The notes below the pieces were generated by a model. That model made no database searches and was not told the origin of the DNA. It worked only from the letters and a program-made list of their open reading frames with translations. Made by a program: the position numbers and the translations under genes. Positions 1-9,724 of a stretch of 64,000 nt of DNA are shown here, piece after piece (within the stretch, counting starts at the first letter, position 1; each line of letters begins with the position of its first letter). This DNA is from Alphaproteobacteria bacterium (GTDB lineage: Bacteria > Pseudomonadota > Alphaproteobacteria > MPNO01 > UBA830), in assembly GCA_965243135.1 (NCBI GenBank), contig OZ251539.1, positions 1,344,001 through 1,408,000 on the forward strand, written 5' to 3'.

Positions 1-499
1 CGCGGGGCGCCGCTTCGAGCGGCAGGTGCGCACCGCCATTCCAGCGCCTGCCGCGACCGCTCTCGACAGCGGATCCCAGATGTCGCTTTCCCGCACGGCG
101 ACGACCCGCGTGTCGGGGCAGCGTGCGCGATCACCCGGTACCGCACCTGCCGCGGAGAGCGCCGCCCCTGTTCGGCTCGCCGCACCTGTCGGCGCGTCAC
201 GAAGGAGAAGCGCACTGGTGCGCCGGTCGTGTCGCCAGTCCTGTTGCGCCAGCTGTCTCGGCGCGCAGTTTGCCGTGCGTCGGCGGGGCCGCCAGCAAGG
301 GACCGACGACGGTGAAGCGCACCCGCCTCTGGCAGCCGTCTCCCGTTTGGTCAGGCACCCCCCTCTTCAATCGGAAGAGACGGCAAGTTCTGCGGGTGCG
401 CATCGTCGCCGAGCTTGCTCGTCAACGGCGATAGCCGTTGCAGGAGAATCACCGGAGAACATCCCGACCGCGGCAGCGTGTCGGCTGTTTTGGGAAACG

Positions 500-1560
500 G
501 GTGTGCAGCTTGCGCCACAGGGAGGTCTCGACGAAAGTCTCGCGCCGCCAACGCCGCCAGCGCTGAAGTGTGCATTTGTCGATGCCCAGACGACCTGACG
601 GAAATCGGGACTCAGGACCCTCTGCGAAATGGCTGTCAGGAATATGAAGGCGAAGGCCGTGTACACCCGGCGCGTACCGCACCGAGGGCGGCGTGACGCG
701 GCGGCGGCAACCTGCGCAACTGAAACTCAGACGCCACGCTCCGGCGACGAGCGGTCGCTCAACGCTGCACGGCTTTCGTGGGCGTAGCCTGCCGCCGCAG
801 TGCGGGCAGTGTGGCACGGGCTGCCCTTGTCTATGCGTTTCTATGCGTTCGAGAAAAGCCCGGGTTGTGGAGCTGACAAGAAAATCGTGGGACAATGGTC
901 GTGTCTTCTGGGTAGTAGCGGACCCGGAAGACGCACCCTCTCGGCGCTTGTCTGGCAAGCTCGCCGAGGGAGATCCTCAAATAATTTGATTAAAATCCAC
1001 AGGAAACCTGTGCATATCCCTGCACAGCCACAGATCCGCTCCGTCTCCCTGCCGCCGCCGCGGCCCGCGCCGCTTCCCGTTCAGGTCGTTCAGCGAGCCG
1101 AAGCCGCGGCGCCAAACCGGTGGTTCCTGCTCACCACAGTCGCCGTTTCGTCCGTCGAAGACGCCCTGCGGGTCGTGGGTTGGTACGCCCTGAGGTGGCT
1201 GGCATCGCGCGCTGAAATCCGGGTGCAAAGTCGAAGAAACGGGCCACCGCAACGCGTCTCGAGCGCGTGATCAACGCAGTCATGGCGCATCATGGCTCTG
1301 CTGGCGCGCGAGACGCCGAACGGCCCCGCCGAGCTCATGTTCTCGGACATGGAACTGCTCGTCAGACTACGCGACGAAACTGCCGAGAACGCCGAAGACA
1401 CTCAAAGCTGCGGTGTTGATCGTTGCCGCCGGCTACCGCAAGCACGACCCGCCGCCCGGCCATCAGAAAGCAGGGTTATCTCGCTGGCTATTGTCAGGCA
1501 TACGAGGATCTGGCGGAAATCAAGAAATCGGGGAGCCTCTGCTCAGTCCAGAAGAGGATT
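500..1560 (+). pseudogene. Degenerate IS4-family (Tn5/IS50-like) transposase
   Basis: Motifs scattered across frames: GLPL, RVFWVVADPEDA, RWFLLTTVAVSSVEDALRVVGWYALRW, LKSGCKVEE, MALLARETPNGPAELMFSDMEL, RKHDPPPGHQK; many frameshifts; ends approximate. Confidence 0.65.
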
Positions 1561-1578
1561 TGTGATGACAGGGCAGCC

Positions 1579-2043
1579 CTATCCTTGCATCATCGCCAAT
1601 ACTTCCTTCGGCCTCCGATCCGGCGACGCGAAAGGGTCGATGACCCGGACCTGGCCGAAAATCTGGCCATGCTGCAAATCCTCGGTGAGCAGCGCCGAGC
1701 ACGCGCAAGACTGCGCCGCCGCGACTATGAGCGTATCCCACCACGAAAGAGAATGTCGTTGCTGCAACAGCCAGCCTTGTTCCAGGATCGCGAGGTCGAC
1801 GACTGCCGGCCGCCATACCGCAAGGTCGCGCACGATCCCCTGCGCCTCCTCGGCGTCGAACGCCGGCTTCAGCTTGCGCGTGAGAGTGGCATACAGCCCT
1901 TGCAGAACCTGAAAACTGATGCGTGCGGCGCGAAGGCGCGCGAGGTACGCGATCCAGTCGTCGGCGCGGGACTGCTTGGTGGGGTCCGAACCGTCTTGCC
2001 GATAGACGAGGACGTTGGTGTCAACGAAGACCGGGGCGGTCAT
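1579..2043 (-). CDS. vapC: PIN-domain toxin (VapC family)
   Basis: VFVDTNVLVY ... SWWDTLIVAAA ... LLTEDLQHG PIN motifs, 154 aa, overlaps the upstream antitoxin gene. Confidence 0.9.
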   Translation of the reverse strand: MTAPVFVDTNVLVYRQDGSDPTKQSRADDWIAYLARLRAARISFQVLQGLYATLTRKLKPAFDAEEAQGIVRDLAVWRPAVVDLAILEQGWLLQQRHSLSWWDTLIVAAAQSCACSALLTEDLQHGQIFGQVRVIDPFASPDRRPKEVLAMMQG

Positions 2044-2263
2044 GCAATTCGTCGCGCGTCGGCTTGCGGCCGTCGACCCAACTCAGCCGGCGCGGTTTTT
2101 TGGCCAGATAGCGCTCCATGGCGAGGTCGTACTCGTCCTCCCCGCGCCGCATCCCTTCCAGCAACTCGGCGAGCCATCCGGATACGCTGCGTCCGTTCTC
2201 GGCGGCCCGGACTCTCAGCCACGCCGCGACATCCTCGGGCAATGTGACGGTGACATTCTTCAT
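2021..2263 (-). CDS. vapB: Ribbon-helix-helix antitoxin (VapB/CopG-like)
   Basis: MKNVTVTLPEDVAAWLRVRAAENGRSVS RHH pattern, 80 aa, directly upstream of the PIN toxin. Confidence 0.8.
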   Translation of the reverse strand: MKNVTVTLPEDVAAWLRVRAAENGRSVSGWLAELLEGMRRGEDEYDLAMERYLAKKPRRLSWVDGRKPTRDELHDRPGLR

Positions 2264-2377
2264 GGCGCGAAGCTAGCGAAATACGAAATTCATGTCAACG
2301 GACTTCGCGGATCGTGTCGGCGCACGTCAGCGCAGTCTCGGCATCCGTATTTCATACAGTACCGGGCTATCGGCGTT

Positions 2378-2397
2378 CAGCAATTCCCGCTAAGGCT
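2378..2397 (+). repeat. Orphan terminal inverted repeat of the ISNCY-like element
   Basis: CAGCAATTCCCGCTAAGGCT is identical to the left ends at 17200 and 24162; it sits at the truncation point of the S8 protease gene. Confidence 0.8.
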
Positions 2398-2862
2398 GGG
2401 GAAGTCTCCTGTCGGACAGCCAACTTTCCCAGAGTGAAATCATCTGCTGCAAGGCAGCCTGATCGGTGAAGATCATGAAAACGCGGCCCCGAAGAGCCTT
2501 GTCCGGCCGTGCCTCGCCATCGGCGGTCACGGCGAAGAAATCGTCGTCTGGAGGGATTTCTTCAACCTCGACCTCGGCGAGCCACTCCATTCCAGGCACT
2601 GCTTCCACGGCGCGAATGAACTCGTCTACCGTCCCCACCGTCTCCAGCACCACCACTTCCTCGGGGACGAGGTCACGGGCCTCCATTCGCAACCGCGCTC
2701 GTCGCTCCTCCAACGTCTGTTGCAGATGTTCGAACTGCGGCGACAGGCGTTCGGCTTGGCGCCCGGGGGTCGGGCGATGGAAACTCCCGCCGCCGCCGTG
2801 CCTCCTTTGCCGCGCCATGGGCTCTTCCGGACTCGGGAGAATGGCAGAGGACGCTCAGGCAT
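2390..2862 (-). pseudogene. ietS: N-terminal fragment of a subtilisin-like S8 protease (IetS-like), frameshifted and truncated
   Basis: Starts MPERPL overlapping the ATPase stop, continues in another frame (RQAERLSPQF...PEEVVVLETVGTVDEFIRAVEAVPGMEWLAE...GRVFMIFTDQAALQQMISLW); no catalytic domain before the stop created by the IS end. Confidence 0.7.
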
Positions 2863-3871
2863 CGCTTCTTGGCGCCCGCGCCGGCTCAGGCGTTTGCAGC
2901 AGTGCCGGGGAGCGGTCCTGCCATTGTTTCAACCGCTCGGCGACGATCGTGCGTATATCGCGGTCGGGGAGCGTGAGTATGTATTGCCGCTGTACGTCGA
3001 GAGCGAACTGTTCCAGCTCGGAGAAACTCAGGCCCATGAGACGCTTCGCCAGGGTCGCGGGCTTGTACCCCAGGCTCTCGCCAAGGCGTTTTTCGAAACG
3101 ACGGAACCATTCCTCCGCCAACGCAAGAGTGGGCGCCGGAAGATTCAGCCGAAGCTGGAACCGCCGCCAGACCGCTCTGTCCAGCAATTCGGGGTGGTTC
3201 GTCGCCGTGACGACGACGACGTGACTCGGCAAATCGTCGATCTGCAGCAGGAGCGAGCTGACGACCCGCTTGATCTCTCCTGTTTCGTGAACGTCGCCGC
3301 GTTCCTTTCCAACCACGTCGAACTCGTCGAAGAAGAGCACGCAGCGGCGGGTGCGCACCTCGTCGAAGAGGCGGGAAAGGCGCACCGCCGTTTCGCCGAG
3401 GTAGCTGGCGATGACCGACTCGTAGCGCACCGCGAACAGCGGAACCGCGAGCTCCGTGGCGAACGCCTCGGCGAAGGAAGTCTTCCCGTTGCCGGGCGGA
3501 CCGGTAAGAAGCACCCGATGTCGGGGCTCCAGATTGTGCGCTCGCAAGAGGTCGGCGCGTCGAAATTCCTCGACCAGTTCCCGCGCGGCGTTCGCTACCG
3601 AGGCCGGCAGAACGAGGTCCCCCATCCGCCGTTCGGGATACATCTCATGGAACGACCCGGCGGCTGGCCCGTTGCGGCGCGTCAAGGACGGCGAAGCGCC
3701 GGCGTTCTGCAGCCCGCCCGCGTTGAGATGGGCAGCCAGGCGGTCCGCCAGCACGTGGTGCTGCTTTGCGCGTTCCTCGGAGACGAGGGCTTCGAGGGAC
3801 TTGCGGAACAGGGGCTGGTCGCCTTTGGCGCCCGCGCGTACGAGATCGAGCAGGAGGTCGGCGCGGGCCAT
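2855..3871 (-). CDS. ietA: AAA+ ATPase of the IetAS type
   Basis: Likely start MARADLLLDLV at 3871; Walker A GPPGNGKTS, Walker B LFFDEFD, ETGEIKRVVSSLL, ATNHPELLDRAVWRRF; coupled to the S8 fragment. Confidence 0.85.
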   Translation of the reverse strand: MARADLLLDLVRAGAKGDQPLFRKSLEALVSEERAKQHHVLADRLAAHLNAGGLQNAGASPSLTRRNGPAAGSFHEMYPERRMGDLVLPASVANAARELVEEFRRADLLRAHNLEPRHRVLLTGPPGNGKTSFAEAFATELAVPLFAVRYESVIASYLGETAVRLSRLFDEVRTRRCVLFFDEFDVVGKERGDVHETGEIKRVVSSLLLQIDDLPSHVVVVTATNHPELLDRAVWRRFQLRLNLPAPTLALAEEWFRRFEKRLGESLGYKPATLAKRLMGLSFSELEQFALDVQRQYILTLPDRDIRTIVAERLKQWQDRSPALLQTPEPARAPRSDA

Positions 3872-4284
3872 CTCACGCCCTTCCCGAGGCCGACCGCCGC
3901 AGCGGCGGGCGCCGCTTGCCAGTCGACCCGAGGCCGTCTGAAAAAGAAATCTTGACGACTTGACCGTCTCCTTCAATGCCGGTGTATGTCTTCCGAAGGG
4001 ATTTGCGGACATCTTGCAACATTGCGGATCGGCCGTTGATATTCGTTGTATCTTTCGCAGTGCTGGTAGAGTAACTGGAAGATCGTATCCATTGAATCCT
4101 GCGGTCCCTCGACCATACGAGCGGAATCCGTAGTTTGTTTTCGAATCTCGTCCCCGAAAGTCAAGACTCAACTGCCGGGTTATGCGTTGGACCCAGGCCC
4201 GTTGTAACCGTGCTGTTTGAGCGAAAAACTCTGAAATCTTCGCCGACGCCCACGATTATGAACTCCTCGTGCTACGCATGAAGG

Positions 4285-4511
4285 ATGGATTTTGGCGTCA
4301 ACGACGACGGGCTCGGTCATGCAACTCATTCCGGCTTGCGCCCGCCCTGCGAGGTTTTCTGACCGCAAAGCGCTCCTTCGTCGTGTCGTGCTTGCCCTCT
4401 CGGCCCCTGCCTTTTTTCAAGTGGATCGGCCATGGCGACGCTACGCCCATTGTCGACGGCCCGGATCCGCAGCGCAACTTCTCCCGGGGGCGTGACGCCG
4501 ACGTTCCTCAT
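4285..4511 (-). pseudogene. Degenerate second copy of the vapB-vapC locus
   Basis: MRNVGVTPPGEVALRIRAVDNGRSV followed by MTEPVVVDAKI parallels MKNVTVTLPEDVAAWLRVRAAENGRSV / MTAPVFVDTNV. Confidence 0.7.
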
Positions 4512-5267
4512 GACGCGAGTGTAGTGGCCACCGAATTCGCGTCAACTCGGGAGCCCGCCGTCCCGAGACGGATTCCCTCGGTGCCGCTGTACCTCTCTGC
4601 ATGTGTGCCGTCTGCCCCAAGGCGGCACTTCGCGGAACCGGGCGGCGAGGGCCTCCCGCTTGGCGTGGAGACCTTGAAAGAACCGTTTGGCAAAAATAGA
4701 TCTACGCCTGCGCGACGGCAGGTGCCGCCGACGGTTTGCGGCTTGACTGCCTGGCGCAACGAGGCGGAAAAGGCCGGGAGCGCTCCGGCGCGAACGCCGG
4801 AAAGCCGGGAAGGGGCGGGCCGGCGGGGAGCGCGGGGGAGCCGGCCGGAAAGAAGCGAGGCGCGTCCGCGGGTTTCCGGTCGTCTTTGAAGTTCGCGCGG
4901 CCCGCGGAGGGCCGACTCCTGGACCGCGATGTCCGCGGAGCGATGTCCGTGTCGAACGGGGCCTGTAGGGCTCGGCGCGGCGCGAGGCGCTCATAAGTCG
5001 CGGCGGGGGCGGGCTGTCGGACGGTCTAACCTCGCCGTGGTGCCGGATGGCCGAACGGAGCGTCCAGCTCATCGAGGACATCGGCGAAACCTTGGCGCGC
5101 TTGCCGGCGTCGCGCCGGTCGGCCGGGCTTCCGGCGACGGTTTCGGCAGGCCGGAGACCTCGGGGAAATCCGGCGCGTTTGGATTGGCCTTCCGGAAAGT
5201 AGTACGAAGGCGGCGCCGGCTGCCGGACGAAGTCGCCGGTCCGGCGCGCGCACTGGAGGAGCGAAGC

Positions 5268-6068
5268 GTGAAGGTTGGAATAGCCGGGTTCGGAACGATC
5301 GGACAATCCGTGGCCCGCGCCCTCGGCAAGGGGATGGAAGGGCTCGAACTCGTCGCCGTCTGCTCTCGCGACCGGGAAAAGGCGAAGCGAAACATGGCGG
5401 GACGCTGCGCGCCCGTGCCGGTCGTCGGCCCCCGGGAGCTTGCCGAAGCCTGCGACGTGATCGTCGATTGCGCGCCGAAATCTGCCTTCCGCGAAATCGC
5501 GGATCCGGCCCTCGAAGCCGGCCGCACGTTGGTCACCGTGAGCGGCGCGGGGCTGCTGCAGCACCCGGACGCGATCGACCTTGCCCGGTCGAGGGGCGCG
5601 CGGATCGTGCTCGCGACGGGCGCGTTGCTCGGCCTCGATGCGGTCAGGGCGGCGGCGGAAGGCGAAATCCGCGAGGTCCGCATGGTCTCCCGGAAGCCTC
5701 CGGCCGCGCTCGCCGGAGCGCCCTACCTGGCGGAGGCGGGAATTGCCGTCGAGAGCCTGACGGCGCCGCTCAGGGTCTTCGAGGGCAGCGCCCGGGAGGG
5801 GGCGAAAGGGTTTCCGGCCAACGTCAACGTGGCGGCGGCGCTCGGCCTCGCGGGAATCGGGCCGGACCGCACGCGCCTGGAGATCTGGGCCGATCCCTCC
5901 ATCGACCGGAACGTCCACGAAATCGAGGTCGAGGCGGACAGCGCGCGCTTCTCGCTTCGCATCGAGAACGTGCCGACGGCCGAAAACCCCGCGACCGGGA
6001 AGATCACCGCGTTGAGCGTGATCGCCGCGCTGAGGGGCCTGACGGCGCCTTTCAAGGCCGGAAGCTGA
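5268..6068 (+). CDS. nadX: L-aspartate dehydrogenase family protein
   Basis: GTG start after GGAGGAG; KVGIAGFGTIG Rossmann motif, TGALLGLDAV, FPANVNVAAAL, ENPATGKITALS. Confidence 0.9.
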   Translation: MKVGIAGFGTIGQSVARALGKGMEGLELVAVCSRDREKAKRNMAGRCAPVPVVGPRELAEACDVIVDCAPKSAFREIADPALEAGRTLVTVSGAGLLQHPDAIDLARSRGARIVLATGALLGLDAVRAAAEGEIREVRMVSRKPPAALAGAPYLAEAGIAVESLTAPLRVFEGSAREGAKGFPANVNVAAALGLAGIGPDRTRLEIWADPSIDRNVHEIEVEADSARFSLRIENVPTAENPATGKITALSVIAALRGLTAPFKAGS

Positions 6069-6084
6069 CGCAACGGAGGGAGCG

Positions 6085-6981
6085 ATGGAATACAAGGCGC
6101 TGAAATGGGAATTGCGCGAGAACCCCGGACGGCCCGGCGAAAAATCGATCGGACTGCTTACGCTGAACCGGCCCGAAAGCCTCAATGCCGTGGACGTCCG
6201 GATGCGCGTCGAACTCGACGTGCTGTGCGACGAGATCGCCCATAACGGCAACCTCAAGGTCGTCGTGATCACCGGCGAGGGCAGGGGGTTTTCCGCGGGC
6301 GGCGACCTCAAGACGGAAGCCGGTCCGCTCGGCGCCGGCGAGGAGGATTTCGACTTCGGAAACTTCGGCGCCTATCGGGAACTCGCCGGATATTTCTTCA
6401 ACGACCTGCGCCATCAGGTGCTGCAGCGGGCCTTCCGCAAGTTCGAGGATCTGCCGTGCATCGTGATCGCCGCGATAAACGGGCCGGCGGTCGGAATCGG
6501 ACTGGAAATCTGCACCCTCTGCGATTTGCGGTTCGCGTCGGAGCGGGCGAAGCTCGGCGAGGTCGCCGTGCCGGCCGGTTTCCTCCCGGAATCGGGCGGC
6601 GCGCGCAATTTGCCGAAGCTCGTCGGCGTCGGCCGGGCGCTCGACATGATTCTGACCGGGGAAATCGTCGATGCCGCGGAGGCGCTTAAAATCGGTTTGG
6701 TCGAGAAGGTCTTTCCGCACGACGAATTGCTGCCCGAGACGCTTGCCTATGCCGGCCGGGTCGCCTCGAACCCCTATCTCTCTGTGCGCTACGCCAAGCA
6801 GCTGGTCCGGATGTACTGGAACCACAACCGGACGGACGAGGGCTGGGCGCGGGAGTTCGCCGCGATCCAGGAAATCACCCGCACGAAAGACTGCGTCGAG
6901 GGCATCCGCGCCTTCCTCGAAAAGCGTCCGCCGGAATACCGGGGCCCGCACTACGACGGCGGCTCCGGCGAAGGGACATGA
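6085..6981 (+). CDS. Enoyl-CoA hydratase/isomerase (crotonase family)
   Basis: LTLNRPESLNA, FSAGGDL, IAAINGPAVGIG, EGIRAFLEKRPP. Confidence 0.92.
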   Translation: MEYKALKWELRENPGRPGEKSIGLLTLNRPESLNAVDVRMRVELDVLCDEIAHNGNLKVVVITGEGRGFSAGGDLKTEAGPLGAGEEDFDFGNFGAYRELAGYFFNDLRHQVLQRAFRKFEDLPCIVIAAINGPAVGIGLEICTLCDLRFASERAKLGEVAVPAGFLPESGGARNLPKLVGVGRALDMILTGEIVDAAEALKIGLVEKVFPHDELLPETLAYAGRVASNPYLSVRYAKQLVRMYWNHNRTDEGWAREFAAIQEITRTKDCVEGIRAFLEKRPPEYRGPHYDGGSGEGT

Positions 6982-8534
6982 CCCTGCCTGAACCGCCTCC
7001 GGGCTACCGCGAGATTCCCGACCGCCTCAACATGGCGGAGGAGGCGCTTCGCGAAGTCGAAAGAGCGGGGGAGCGAACGGCTTTCGTCTGGGACGGCGGC
7101 TCGCTGAGCTTCCGGGAGTTCGCGGCCAGGGTCGACCGGTTGGCGCACGGGCTGTCGGGGCGCGGCGTCGAACGGTCGATGCCGGTGCTCGTGTTCATGG
7201 GCAATTGCCGCGAATTCGCCGAGACCGTCGTCGCTCTTCTCAAGATCGGCGCGCTTCCGGTTCTGCTCAACTCGTCTCTGGGCGAGGAGGAAGTCGATTA
7301 CGTCGTCGATCACTCCGAGGCTCGGGCGGCGGTAACCCTCTCCGGATGCATGAGCGCGCTCGCGCCCGTTGCGGGGAAACTGCCCGAAGGCGTGATCGTC
7401 GCCCGCGGCGGCGAGGAGCCGGACTACGAAACGATCGTCGCGGACGCGCCCGATCGATCCTTCGACGCTGCGGATACGGCAGCCGACGATCCGGCGTTCT
7501 TCGTGTACACGTCGGGAACCACCGGCAGGCCGAAGGGCATAGTTCACGCCCATCGTTGGATCGTCGCGCTCGGCGATTCGAACCGCTACCGCCTGCCTCC
7601 CGCCGCTGAGGACCGCGTTCTCGCGACCGGAGAATGGAGTTTCGTCAGCGCGCTTGGTCACAACGTTCTCTTTCCGCTGAGGAACGGGGTGACGGGAGTC
7701 GTTCTGGAGGACCGCCCGAGTCCCCGGAACGTCCTTCGGGCCGTCGAGCGCCATCGCGTGACTTTGCTTTATTCGGTCGCCACCGTGTATCGCCGCATCC
7801 TCGCCGAGCGGGGAATCGAGGACGACTACGATCTGTCGTCGCTTCGGGGTTGCAACGCGACGGGAGAGGCGCTCGAAGCGGCGACCTGGCGGGAGTTCAG
7901 GGACCGCGTCGGCTGCGAGATATGGGAGCATTACGGGGTTTCGGAAATGCAGATGGTGCTTGGGCAAGGGCCGCGGCGCGCCGTCCGCCCGGGATCGCCG
8001 GGCATGCCCATGCCCGGCACGACGGTCGCCGTGACGGACGACGACGGCAATCTTTTGGCGGACGGAGAGACCGGGCGCCTGCTGATCGCGGCCGACGATC
8101 CGGGATTCTTTCTCGGCTACCACAAGGAGCCGGAGCGGACGCGGGAGGCGATGCGCGACGGCTGGTACCATACCGGCGATCTCGGATATCGCGACGCCGA
8201 CGGGTATTTCTGGATCGCCGGGAGAAGCGACGACTGCTTCAAGAGCCGCGGCATTTTCATCTCTCCATACGAGATCGAAAACGTTCTGCGCCAGCATCCC
8301 GCCGTCGCCGAGGCTTGCGTCGTTCCCCGGGACGACGCCGAAATCGGCAATCGCATACGCGCGATTTGCGTTCTCCGCGGCGGCGAAAGGCCCGGCGGTC
8401 CGCTCGCCGAAGACATAAGGCGGCACGTGGCGGACAGGATCGCGCGGCATAAGGTGCCGCATCTGGTGGACTTCGCGACCGCCTTGCCCAAGAGTCCCGT
8501 GGGCAAGGTCCTGAGGCGGGAACTCGCCTCCTGA
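6978..8534 (+). CDS. Acyl-CoA synthetase / AMP-binding ligase (benzoate-CoA ligase-like)
   Basis: YTSGTTGRPKG, YGVSE, WYHTGDLG, GRSDD, LPKSPVGK; ATGA overlap with the crotonase. Confidence 0.92.
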   Translation: MTLPEPPPGYREIPDRLNMAEEALREVERAGERTAFVWDGGSLSFREFAARVDRLAHGLSGRGVERSMPVLVFMGNCREFAETVVALLKIGALPVLLNSSLGEEEVDYVVDHSEARAAVTLSGCMSALAPVAGKLPEGVIVARGGEEPDYETIVADAPDRSFDAADTAADDPAFFVYTSGTTGRPKGIVHAHRWIVALGDSNRYRLPPAAEDRVLATGEWSFVSALGHNVLFPLRNGVTGVVLEDRPSPRNVLRAVERHRVTLLYSVATVYRRILAERGIEDDYDLSSLRGCNATGEALEAATWREFRDRVGCEIWEHYGVSEMQMVLGQGPRRAVRPGSPGMPMPGTTVAVTDDDGNLLADGETGRLLIAADDPGFFLGYHKEPERTREAMRDGWYHTGDLGYRDADGYFWIAGRSDDCFKSRGIFISPYEIENVLRQHPAVAEACVVPRDDAEIGNRIRAICVLRGGERPGGPLAEDIRRHVADRIARHKVPHLVDFATALPKSPVGKVLRRELAS

Positions 8535-9724
8535 ACGCGCAAGGAAATACGGGTTTTCTCGCGGCCCTCGTTGCGATCACGCTGATCGGACCGCTTGCGA
8601 TTCACATATACATACCGTTGATGCCGACGATCCAGAAGGCGTTCTCGGTATCGACCGTGATGACCACCCTGACGTTCAGCATGGTGTTGTTCGTCATGGC
8701 GTTCGGCACTCTGCTGTACGGCAGCGCTTCGGACCGCTTCGGCAGAAAACCGGTTCTGGTGGCGGGGCTCGTCCTGTTCGTGGCGGGATCCGCCGTGTGC
8801 GCCGTCGCTTCGAGCTTCGAAGTCCTGGTTGCGGGCCGGTTTTTGCAAGCGATCGCCGCCGGCTGCGGCGTCGTGCTGGCGCGGGCGATCGCCCGCGACG
8901 TCTACGGCCCCGACCGGCTGGCGCAAGTCATCGCCTATATCACGGCGGCTTACGTTATCGGGCCGACGGTCGCGCCGCCTGTCGGCGGCGCCATATCGGA
9001 TTTTTTCGGTTGGAACGCGGTTTTTGCGTTCGCGACCGCGGCGTCGGCGCTGGTGGCCCTCCTCGGTCTGTTCGTCATTCCGGAAACCCATGCCGGTCGA
9101 GGCAGGGCCCGGAGCGTCGGCGCGCTGTTCGCGGACTACGCCAGGCTGGTCCGCAACGCGACGTTCGTTTGCTACGCGCTTGTGCCGGCCTTTACTTCGG
9201 GGGCCTTTTTCTCGCTGAGCATTTACGCCTCGTTCCTGATGGCCGACCACTACCGAGGCACGCCCGGCGAATACGGGCTCTTCTTCACCCTGCTTACGCT
9301 CGGCTTCATGTCGGGAAACTTCATCTCCGGCCGGCTGGGGAATCGCGAATCGAGCGAGTACATGGTGTTGATAGGCAGCGTCGTCTCGATCCTGACGGTC
9401 GAGTTGCTCGTCGTGAGCGTCATGTTTCTTCCCGGCGAGCCGCTGGCGCTGTTTCTTCCCGGCGCTTTCCTCGGCATCGCGCAGGGACTTTCGATGCCGC
9501 ATGCGCAGGCGATAGCGATCAACGCGGCGCCGGAACTGGCCGGAACCGCTTCGGGCGTGGTGATGTTCCTGCACTTCATGGCGGCCGCGCTTGCGTCGCT
9601 GTTCATTTCGGCGCTTTACGACCGGTCGGTGTTTCCGTTGATCGAGGTGCTCTTCTCGCTCACGCTCGCCTCCCTGGCCTTCGCGGTATGCGCCGGACTG
9701 AAGCGGAGAACGTCTCCCGTCTGA
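8531..9724 (+). CDS. Bcr/CflA-family MFS efflux transporter
   Basis: YGSASDRFGRKPV, GRFLQAIAAG, ARAIARDVY, GPTVAPPVGG; the frame stays open to a CTG at 8531 and adds TM1 (first canonical start is 8618). Confidence 0.88.
   Translation: MNAQGNTGFLAALVAITLIGPLAIHIYIPLMPTIQKAFSVSTVMTTLTFSMVLFVMAFGTLLYGSASDRFGRKPVLVAGLVLFVAGSAVCAVASSFEVLVAGRFLQAIAAGCGVVLARAIARDVYGPDRLAQVIAYITAAYVIGPTVAPPVGGAISDFFGWNAVFAFATAASALVALLGLFVIPETHAGRGRARSVGALFADYARLVRNATFVCYALVPAFTSGAFFSLSIYASFLMADHYRGTPGEYGLFFTLLTLGFMSGNFISGRLGNRESSEYMVLIGSVVSILTVELLVVSVMFLPGEPLALFLPGAFLGIAQGLSMPHAQAIAINAAPELAGTASGVVMFLHFMAAALASLFISALYDRSVFPLIEVLFSLTLASLAFAVCAGLKRRTSPV

Noticed and set aside
3872-4171. N-terminal extension of the AAA ATPase (438-aa ORF)
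   Set aside because: The family-typical start MARADLL with an RBS is at 3871; the upstream part looks like unrelated debris.
4542-9574. Long antisense ORFs (589, 299, 503 and 485 aa)
   Set aside because: Shadows of GC-rich real genes on the opposite strand; no motifs.
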